Of a stretch of DNA of 64,000 nucleotides, positions 26,067 through 36,908 are shown piece by piece. The notes beneath the pieces are model-generated. The model was given only the letters and a program-made list of their open reading frames with translations. It made no database searches and was not told the origin of the DNA. This stretch comes from Nemertoderma westbladi. Lineage: Eukaryota; Animalia; Xenacoelomorpha. Positions within the stretch are counted from its first letter, which is position 1, and every line of letters starts with the position of its first letter. A program made the position numbers and the translations under genes. The stretch covers positions 1 to 64,000 of the forward strand of contig JAUCBJ010000045.1 in assembly GCA_032718475.1 (NCBI GenBank), given 5' to 3'.

Positions 26067-29000
26067 TAGGTTTCTTTCACTGGTAAATCCGTATAAATGT
26101 TGAAGTAATAAAATTTAATTTCAGAACCATAGTTCGAAGATCAGCTTTATTCATACCACTCATTGCTTAGAAATTTTACAGGATAATATTGTTAATCTGA
26201 CTTAAGTTGTTTAGGTTGAACAAAGTCTACATAGTAAACAACAGTTCCTCCAAAGAATGTGCCTTTGGTATATTATATTAAGAAGGGGGAAGTTAGAATC
26301 ACAGCATAAATGCAGTTTATCTAACTTCCCCCAAATATCCACTGTTGAATAAAATTGAAGCGATAAGTCCGAAAAGGTGCGAGTTTTTTTAATAAATTGT
26401 GTGGTCCATTTGTTATCTGATCTCTATTTATTGATTAAAATTCATTTAAGATCACACTGTTTTTTTAGAATATTACAACCTTATATTTTATTAATTTACC
26501 CAATCGAACCATTATAAGGACCGGTTATTTGTACATATGTCCCTAATGCGCTCAGTAAGGTCCAAACAACATATTAATATGAAAATAAACTATCTGCAAC
26601 GAAAAGAACCCAATAATACACAATTTGACCTTATTAAAAAAAATTGCACATTTGCACACATATTTGCACAAGTGCACTTTAGCGGATCCTAAAGGTGGTT
26701 CCTATTTAACACATTTATGTCTATCCTCTACCGATCTACGATGGTGCATGATCAAGTGTCAGTCGCTAAAAGTGTAAAAAATCCAATTTAATAAATCGCG
26801 ACATTTGCGATTTTGGACCATATTCATGGACATTTTAAGTCACTTTATAGACATAAAAAGATAAACAAATGTTACGATTATAGTTAGAAATCACTCCAAA
26901 CTACATTTTAACCCAAAAACTAACATTCTAGGATGTATAGAACTTGAAATAATACTGTTTGAATTATCGAAAAAATGTGCACTATTTAAGTGCATTTTGC
27001 ACTAAGTGCATATGCGTCTTTTCCCAAGTTGTATCCTATTTCACACACTACAATCTATCTTCTATCCAATGAAAAAAGTTTCAGATCAAACGGTCCAGTA
27101 GAACCGAAGTTATTGATGTTTTAAAATAGTCACTCGAAAATTTCAAATTCACTTGGTCACATAGTGTAGTGGATATCAATCACGTTAATGAAACCTAAGT
27201 TCGCGGGTACGAAATCCAATATTGACCATTCTTAATTTTTTGTAAAAAAATTATTTTTATTTTTTCACTAAAATCGCTCGAACTTCGGTTCTGGTGGTCC
27301 AAATTCAATAAAATTGGTATATTCTTTGCCGTAATTTTTTTTCTATCTTTTGAGAGGGGGTCATTTTTGGCCCCAAAAAAAAAAATGAAAAAAAGGGCCA
27401 AAATTACGCGATATTTTTCGACCTTTAAAATTCATAATTTTAATTATAAATGTTAAGAAAAAAGATAGCGGAGGTAATTCACTACATTTTAAATGTACTT
27501 TTGGCGCAATACGCTAAATTATAATAGAGTAGCGATTTATTAAAAAAAAAAAAAATTTCGTCCCTTTTTATAAATATTTTATTTCACACGATCGTCTGCG
27601 GCACCAGTTGTATAATAGCTACGGCGTTGTAACTAACGCTGAAAGATAGATAATTTAACGCTCTATAAGAATGTTTAAATACGTCTCCCAGACGTTGAGT
27701 AGTTTTCGAGCTAGACGTGTTTCCGCGCAGTGAGTTTGAAACGCGAAATTTTAATATTGGCCCTTATTTTTTCAATATCGTTTGCGCAGCAAAACCAATC
27801 GAATATTTGGATTCCCCGTATCGATATTAACCGTATAAAATGTACCTTAACTATGTAGAGTCAAAAATAAAAAAGTTATTAGTTATAAACATTTTATCAT
27901 TTTCCGGCCCTTTTTGGACCCTTTTGCCAACATATTGTTTGTACCCCCATTCGATAGGATCGTAGCCCCTGTGGTGTTTTATGCATTCCGAAAAAGAATT
28001 GGCGGATTCCTACTAGCGTTGTCGAATTAAAAATTTCGGAAATATAAAATATATAAAAAAGATGAGAAAAAACGGACAAAGTTACGGCCCCTTTTTCCAC
28101 CCGAAATTTTAATAAACATCTTACCCCCATTCGATACGAAGATAGCGCCACTCTTCCCCTTTTAAACTGCGTTACTTTCGTCCCCGTACGATTAATATTA
28201 GCCGAGTTGTAGTGGATCCAGCAAAGTCATTTTGTCCGTTATTCTAACTTTGACGGACAATAGACGGAAAAGTAACTCGGGGACCCCCTATTTTTAAAGC
28301 TGTAAAAATCTAATTTTGAGTCCCTCTTTACGTTTCAACGATAAAAAAAAGTACTTTTGCCCGTGGTTTTTGTAGTTAACATAGAACCTAATGTTAAAAT
28401 CGACAAAAATTGGAACGAAAATTGTCCGTCATGTCCGTCAAACAGATAGAATGAAAAAAGGGCCAAGCTAAGAATCTTAGAATAAGCCCGCCCGTCTCCA
28501 GTTCGAAAATAAAGAAATAATAGTTGCTAGTTTAGGAGTTACCATGGGAAACACTCGTTTTCGGGATAACGTTATAGATCCTCCGGTATTAGGAGCGGCC
28601 GTATTAACCTCACTCACACGGCCGCGATTGTATAAAAGTGAAAATGGTTTCTTCCCACCAAGGCGGACCCATAATGAAGATATACTTTATGAAAGACCAC
28701 GAGGTAAAGGGAAAAGTGATGGAGGGAAGAGGAAAGATATGGGGTATGGGTCGAAAGACATGATGAGGGAAGAAAAGCTGATCTCGTTAATTTTATATTA
28801 CTTGTTATTTTATGTAATATATTTTTGCTCCGACTGAATGCTTGCTCTATAGTCTATATACTGGTTACCCATGAATATTAATATATACTACATTATCGTT
28901 TGTACATAATACGAAGTCTGTAAGTTATAGTTACTGAAACATTTCAGCTCTGAAATTATAATATATGAATCAAGGCTGTCTTTGTTACGATCTACATAGA

Positions 29001-30602
29001 ATAGATATGGTTATTGAAACCGTTATATTATGACGATGGATCATAGGATTCTTTCACTGGTAAATCCCTATAGATGTTGAAGTAATAAAACTTAATTCCA
29101 GAACCATAGTTCGAAGGTCTGCATTTTATACCACTCATAGCTTAGAAATGGTACAATGTATTGTCAATCTGAGTGAAGTCGTATAGGTTCAACGAACCCT
29201 GCGTAGTAAACAAAAGGTCCTCCAAAGCGAGTGCCTTTGGTAAATTATATCTTGAAGGGGGAAGTTAGATTCACTGCATAAATGCAGTTCATCTAACTTC
29301 CCCCAAATATCCACTATTGAATAAATTTGAAAGGATATTATTAAGTCCAAAATTGTGAGAGGTTTTAATTGTGTGGTCCAATTGTTATTTGATCTCTATT
29401 TATTGTTTAAAGTGCATTTAATATCATACTGGTTTTTTTAGAATATTATAACCTTATATTTTATTAATTTACCCAATCGAACCCTTATATGGACCAGTTA
29501 TTCGTACACATGTCCCTAATGCGCTCAGTAAGGTCCAAACAACATATTAATATGAAAATAAAGTATCTGCAACGAAAAGAACCCAGTACTATACTATTTG
29601 ATCTCATTAAAAATTTGCACTTTTGCACACTTATTTGCACAAGTGCACTTTAGCAGATCCTAATGGTGGATCTTATTTAACAAACTTATGTTTATCCTCT
29701 ACCGATCTACGATAGTGTATGATCAAGTGTCTGTTGCTAAAAGTGTAAAAAATCCAATTTAAAAAATCTCAACATTAGCGATTTTGGACCATATTCATGG
29801 ACGTTTTATGTCACTTTATAGACATAAAAAGTTAAACAAATGTTACGATTATAGTTAGAAATCACTCCAAACTACATTTTAACCCAAAAACTAACATTCT
29901 AGGATGTATAGAACTTGAAATAATACTGTTTGAATTATCGAAAAAATGTGCACTATTTAAGTGCATTTTGCACTAAGTGCATATGCGTCTTTTCCCAAGT
30001 TGTATCCTATTTCACACACTACAATCTATCTTCTATCCAATGAAAAAAGTTTCAGATCAAACGGTCCAGTAGAACCGAAGTTATTGATGTTTTAAAATAG
30101 TCACTCGAAAATTTCAAATTCACTTGGTCACATAGTGTAGTGGATATCAATCACGTTAATGAAACCTAAGTTCGCGGGTACGAAATCCAATATTGACCAT
30201 TCTTAATTTTTTGTAAAAAAATTATTTTTATTTTTTCACTAAAATCGCTCTAACTTCGGTTCTGGTGGTCCAAATTCAATAAAATTGGTATATTCTTTGC
30301 CGTAATTTTTTTTCTATCTTTTGAGAGGGGGTCATTTTTGGCCCCAAAAAAAAAATGAAAAAAAGGGCCAAAATTACGCGATATTTTTCGACCTTTAAAA
30401 TTCATAATTTTAATTATAAATGTTAAGAAAAAAGATAGCGGAGGTAATTCACTACATTTTAAATGTACTTTTGGCGCAATACGCTAAATTATAATAGAGT
30501 AGCGATTTATTAAAAAAAAAAAATTTTCGTCCCTTTTTATAAATATTTTATTTCACACGATCGTCTGCGGCACCAGTTGTATAATAGCTACGGCGTTGTA
30601 AC
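26067..30602. repeat. Direct duplication of about 1.56 kb (26067-27633 and 29044-30602), probably TE-derived
   Basis: The two segments are colinear; the second copy is cut by element A after GTTGTAAC. Confidence 0.9.
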
Positions 30603-31785
30603 TGTTTTTAAAGACTTTTAAAGCTTTTAAAGACCTTTGACAGTTTAACCTGCCAAAATTAGAATGTCCTTTGGATGATAGATAGTCTTTAGCCTATGAC
30701 GAGTATTTGATACACTACATTAGCCGAAGCCAGTCTATGCGCAATCATTCACCCGTTGGATATACCCGGGAGACTGAGTTCGGGGCTTAATGATTGATGG
30801 TGTAAGCCTACTGTATTATTCGACTGATCGTAATATATAATCTCTGACAAATATTATTCACTTTCGGGAAATATTAACAGTTCCTTTAGGACGTGGCGCT
30901 CTAAATATATAAACAGAGTTATGACTTAAACCAGACACAACGAAAAGGCTATAGATTCACGTATATGGCGCATTCTTTAGGAGATGCTTTGTTATCAGTT
31001 ACACTCATACACAATGCTGCACAATACTGCACACTAATCTGCCGACCTTCACTAAATTTGGTCACGTATAAAGAGAGCAACAGACAATTTATGTTGGGCA
31101 TATGAAATAGCATTAGATTCACTTCAAACCACTCAACATACATAGGTCGCAATCGTTTATCTGTAACCGGTCTCTCTAACCTTTAGTATATCAAGAAGGT
31201 GGGGTGTCTGACTATTGATCAGTATTCCGATATAATAATTCATCAACAATATAATGAATAACCGACAGTAAAAGCAGTAATATTAATGTATAAATGATTA
31301 TTAAGTGAATGAGTTAACTTGTGTAACTCGTGATAACAGATATACGTTCTATAATTGAGCCTACTAATGTAAGACTAAAGACTGAAAACACGGAGGTGCC
31401 AAAAGCCGGTTCTTAGGCTCTGGGCAAAAACATAACACTGAACTACTGAGTTTCTGTATACACCTCCAACACAGAGACAAAAAACGCTCTGATTGGTCAA
31501 CCGAACAACGAGAGAACAAAGAAACAAAGAAACGTCGACGTGGCAATATCAGCTGTTAGCCGTCGTCATGGTAGCGACACTGTTTTCAAGAGTATCTAGC
31601 TTATCGCGTCACGAGATTGCGGATTATGTCCTCTAAAGTATAAATACAGTACAAATACATAAGAAATGACTTTTATGTCCTCTAAAACACCAGTACAGCA
31701 AGGACACGGCCTTTTTATGCCTGGCAAACCAACTACAGAGTACTTTAAGGGAAAATAACCGGTTAATGACGCAAAAGCTTTTACA
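30603..31785 (-). repeat. Element A 3' LTR (about 1183 bp)
   Basis: TG...CA ends, adjacent PPT, near-identical to 57627-58231. Confidence 0.92.
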
Positions 31786-31863
31786 CCGCTCCCAGAAAAT
31801 GGGATTTAAGTCTATAAAATATAACAAATCATAGTTTCTAAAATATAAAAATACTCTAAACAG

Positions 31864-32504
31864 TTAGTCTTTCTTACGCAGACGGCGTTTACGCAGTTTT
31901 TTGAGGCTAGCAAGAGTCCTTTTCTCTTTGGGGCGAGCCACTTTACTAGGAGGGCTATAAATCCTGAGTGAAGGGTGCAATATGATTGCATCAGAAGGTG
32001 TAGGATTATGGTCGGGGTATCCGCCGTTTCGATATGCTTCTCCTCGAGCTGATTTTCCTCCGCTCGTAGCTGGATACATTCATCCAAAAACTCTCGCAGA
32101 GAATGGGGTTGTCTAAGTTCGATATCTTCTTAGAGATTCTGGATTTCACAATCGAACTGAGATAAAGACAATTCGTTTATCGCTTGGACTTGCTGTTACA
32201 ACTTACGTTTATCTGAACAAACGCAGGTTTCCTTTCTGATCTTTGTAGAATAGCGTTTAACTCGTTTGGTACAACGTTCTCCGCCACTTTGGTGACAGGT
32301 TATATCGTGTTAAGCCGGGACGATGGTAAGGGTTAAACGGCGATATTAAATGTCCGCGTCCCAATCCGGCTAGGTAGAATGGGCTAGTATCTAGGAAGCC
32401 CACAACTGGGGTGCCACCGACTAATTGTTCAGGTAACACTAGATCTTTGAGCAGTGAGTACAGCTCGGGAGGATCCGTCATACTAATAGGATCAAGAATC
32501 TGAA
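31864..32504 (-). pseudogene. 3' part of the element A accessory gene (degraded)
   Basis: Removing B and one TSD joins 44577-45030 in frame to 32257-32481 (..HSLVR|LQILDPISMTDPPE). ORF 31864-32079 ends in the same basic peptide as the B accessory ORF. Confidence 0.8.
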
Positions 32505-32509
32505 GTCTC

Positions 32510-33746
32510 TGTTCGCGCTTTCGAAGACCTTTAGCAGTTTAACCTGCCAAAATTTATATGTCTTTTCGTTAATTAAAACCACTTTAGCATACGACAATAA
32601 TTTATGCTAATACGCAAAACATTAGCCGAAGTCAGCCCATGCGCGATCATTCACCCGATGGATCTACACCCGGGAGACTGAATTCGGATGCTTGAATTGT
32701 ATTATTACAGTGTAAGGTTGCAGTGTATACCTAATGTATTATTCGATAGATCGTTAATAATTAATCTCTGACAGATATTATTGGCTTTCGGGAAATATTA
32801 ACAGTTCCTTTAGGACGTGGCGCTTTATCTATTTAAACAGAACTAAGACTTATACTAAACGCAACGATACTGCTTATGATTAAAGTATAAAACGTATTCT
32901 TTAGGAAATACTTTGTTACCAATCACAATCATACACACTCTTCTGCCGACAGTCAGTATATTTGATCACACATAAAGAGAGCAGTAATTGACTCACGTAG
33001 GGTCTGCTAAATAACATTGGATTCAATACACACCACATTAATATAAATCGCAATTGTTATTTATAGCCGGTCTCTCTAACCTGTAGTGTTATCAAGAAAA
33101 TTGGGAATTGGGTGATTTATCCGTATTATCCAAATAGCGATATTTCCATCAACAAATATTTACAATTAATAACTGACGGTAAAATAACAGTACAAACAAT
33201 ATGATTAATGAATTAGTGAGTGATTTAAGTCAGGATTGATGAGGTAACAGTTTATACTTTCGATAATTCAAGCAGTTTACGGTACAGCAGTATTGGTTAC
33301 AAAATGCCGGTGTTTCTGGCTTAGACAGCAATAACAACAAAAGTAACAACTCTCTCTCTCAGTAAGACAGAACACTCTCCTTATGATCGGCAGGAAAGCT
33401 ACACGTCGACAGGAAAAACCGCCCTGATTGGCCCAAGCCAAACAAAGAACCACGCGGCCAATGGCTGTTTCCATGTCAACAACCAGCTGCTAGATGTCGT
33501 AATATGAATCATCACGGCTAAGCTGTGAAAGGTGGTTTGTGCATTACAAGTTTTTGTCTTACCATGTCCGCTAAAACACGTATATAGCAGAATGATTTTT
33601 ATGTCCGTTAAAACACCTGTAAAGGTACCTTGCGGGCGAGGGGAATATATATACAGTTAGAAAACCTTTTTTAGAGTATTCCAGCGCCGGGGGGGGAACT
33701 GGCCAGCAAAGGCAAACGTATCAGTTATCCCACAAAAGCTTTTACA
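32510..33746 (-). repeat. Element B 3' LTR
   Basis: Direct repeat of 43340-44576. Confidence 0.97.
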
Positions 33747-33824
33747 CCGCTCCCAGAAAATGGGATTTAAGTCTATAAAATATACAAAATCACAGTTTCT
33801 AAAATACAAAAATACTCTAAACAG

Positions 33825-35273
33825 TTAGTCTTTCTTGCGCGGACGGCGTTTACGCAGTTTTTTGAAGCTAGCAAGAGTCCTTTTCTCTTTGGGGCGAGCC
33901 ACTTTACTAGGAGGGCTATAACTCCGGGGTGAAGGGTGCAATATGATTGCATCAGAAAGTATGGGATTGCGATCGGTATATCCGCCGGTCGAAGTACCGG
34001 GTTGATGGACATCAACGTCCGGGGAGAGGGGTCTAACGGCTCTGAGAGCTCGTTTCAAGACAGCCGCTCTTACGGGTCCTTTACGAGTGGTCTGAACGAG
34101 GGCCGTGGGTGGACCATAGGCCGTTAGAAACTTCCTTGGTTTAATGGTTCTTTCTAACTCGCGTTCGCGGGCTCGATACTCGTAAGGCCGTCGATATACT
34201 TCTTGTAACTCAGGGTGTGAGTTGACAAATAAGTCTCCATAGGCAGGGTCTTGACGGATAAAGTGTATTAAGTTGTAAGACTGGATGTCACTCGGATTAA
34301 TGCTCCTGAGGAATTTGCGTACATATTTGGTTGAAATACATTCTCCAACGCGTTTCAATAGTTCATAACTTGATAGGCGCGATTTCTGCTCGACGGAGGC
34401 AAACAAATATGGATGGAACGCATAAACTCCTTCATAGGCGCGTCCGGGATAATAGCGATGGCGTGAGTCACAATGTAAATCAGCGTTCGCTTCCCAAGCT
34501 CTTATATAACGTAGTACAATCATTTCATCTACGCTCTCTAAATCATGGTTAAAGGGACAATCAAAGCTGGCGTGTCCTTTTAGTTGACAATGATGGCATT
34601 GAGTCATAAATTGGGGGCAGACGGCAAAAATGTGCAAATTATTAAGCCGACAATATGCACAATAGATTTCCATCGACGGTTGCTCGTGGAAATAGGAACA
34701 AAGATCATTGGTGTCCATAGACGTAATATGGTCTCTCGATGCACACAGCCGACAACGTTGTCGAGAAACATAATTGGCATGGCGATAATCATACGCAGTA
34801 AGACACTGTGGACCTTGATACCATTCTAGGATGTAATCGTTGTCGTTGTTCCGAGCGCGATAGGCTGAATCTCTTCAGATTCCAGACATATTGGTTCGTC
34901 TTCCCAGTCTGTTACGAATAGAATTTTCGTGATCTATTCTCGGTTTATCGTTACGACGCCGCTGGGTATGATATTTAAATAGAACCATTTCCCTTTCGGT
35001 GTCTACATCGTCCGTATCATGTAAATCGATAGGATGGCCGGTAGTTAAGAAGTCCATATACGTACCATTACGATGCGTATAGCGAGCGGTTAATTTTCGA
35101 TAGTCCAATTCACACGTAAGTTGCTCTTGGGACATCGGCGGTTCGATATAACGACCATCGTCCTCCGTAATAGTCGGATCGGCTTCACCGCGTATCAAGC
35201 TATCCACAAACGCTTGTAAAGGTAGAGTATATCGCTCTCTAATACCAAGGTCATCTTCTATCAATTCCGTCAT
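33825..35273 (-). CDS. Element B accessory gene: 132-aa ORF, in-frame TGA, then 52 + 297 aa; CCHC-type zinc knuckles and basic tail
   Basis: 34719-34874 translates without stops in the same frame. Motifs CRLCASRDH, CAYCRLNNLHIFAVC, CHHCQLKGHASFDC; C-terminus KKLRKRRPRKKD. Confidence 0.7.
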
Positions 35274-35326
35274 ATCTGTTATCTGAGTTTATTAATATCA
35301 ATATAAGTTAATTCTAGCCAATATTT

Positions 35327-35481
35327 TAGGCAAGCGGGCGTCACTGCCTACTAGGCCTTTTGCCCCCGGACAGTGGGTTTCTCAGCGCCGATGTACCGCT
35401 GTCGCAGTGTTTACGCCAACATGTAGCAACAGCACGACAACGATAACCGACACAAGTCCCACCACTGTCCGTCCCAAAGGC
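35327..35481 (-). other. Candidate structured RNA upstream of the accessory gene (homolog at 45500-45656)
   Basis: Nested stems CGGACAGUGG/CCACUGUCCG and GUGUCGGU/AUCGGCGC plus hairpin UAGGC..GCCUA; pairing is kept in A through compensatory and wobble changes. Confidence 0.55.
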
Positions 35482-36908
35482 TTGAATCCACTTGAGGTTA
35501 TCTCAGTAGAGTTAGGGCTATTTTACAATTGCGATTAGCTACTGTAAACACACTTTAGTAGTAACATTCACCTATAAACGCACAAATTCCATACAATCAT
35601 TACTTACTGCACACATGCATGCCATTTGTCCGTTAGTCAGTGTCTTCCAGAATGTCACGTTATTACTATGTATCCTTGGATACTAATAGTGCGCTATATA
35701 TACTCTTATGTTACGCAATGGGACAAGCTTTTATTGTTCCTTTAACTTGCTTCTAATTCTAGCGTGGGTGTTGCCATGGTGACATTATGGAAAACTAGCG
35801 GTAGAATTAGGGCAATCCTCATGCATACAGATCTGGGATGTTATTTAATAGTAATTCTTTAATTGTCAATATCCTCTTTATGCATGATTTTATAAATTTT
35901 ATCGGCTATTGACTATATATTGGAGATTCTCGCACTCTAGTACACTCAATATAAATCTCCGCTCCCATGATCTATTAATTACTGGAAATTTGGGAATGTT
36001 ATAAATTGCACAAATGACAATTTATGAAATTCATTCGAATATGAATTTAAATTTATTCCCGTGAATTTTATTATTTGATGTTAAATTGATACAATTTGAT
36101 TCCAGAGCAGGTCTGGGGACATAGGATCCTTAATTCTATGAAATTTGTCTTTTAAGAGTATCGGTAAGTGCTACGATATCTTAATCGACTAGAATTGTTA
36201 ACGGATCTGAATTTTACAGATTTTAATAAATATTAAATTAATATTTAGGATGGGCACCGATTTATTCCAGAACTTGTCTGGGGACGTTAACCACTGATTC
36301 TAGAATTTGTCTTTCAAGTATATCGGTGGGTGCCACGATATCTTAATCGACTAGAATTACAGATGGTCAAAAGTTTAACAGATTTATTTGCGATTTACGC
36401 TACTGTTAGAGGGACATCACGCTACTATATGTATTATTTGTTATAAGGTAGAAGAGCAATATCGCACGAAGCAATGTCAGTGTGAAGAGGCAAGTCGTTT
36501 CCAAGGTCTACCCAGAGCTTGGTTTAGCCGAGACACAAGGATCTGAACTTTGCATTCCTAATACTCTGCCTACCAATAATACTTAAATATAGTAGTGGCT
36601 TTATTGTACTTTAAGAAGTACTGACATGTCATCTTACTATAGTCTCGCATTTATAATATAATACGGACAGTAAGGAAAGAGAAAAATAATTATTTCTTGC
36701 CGTCGCACTAAATATATTGTAAGTAATTAAATACGTAATAAACACTAATATATTGCACTAATTTACTAAATATTCTAAAATAACATTCTACTAAATAAAA
36801 TTAAAGAAAACGATTATAATAAAATTACATAATAATACATACCTAAATATAAAATAATAATAAAAAAAAATATAAAATAATATAGTCACACACCCACTCC
36901 ATATATAA

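Noticed and set aside
33277-33474. 65-aa ORF repeated at 44107-44304, and 67-aa ORF at 30949/57960
   Set aside because: Repeated only because they lie in LTRs; not conserved between A and B.
33825-35273. env gene
   Set aside because: No signal peptide or transmembrane segment evident; has zinc knuckles and a basic tail instead.
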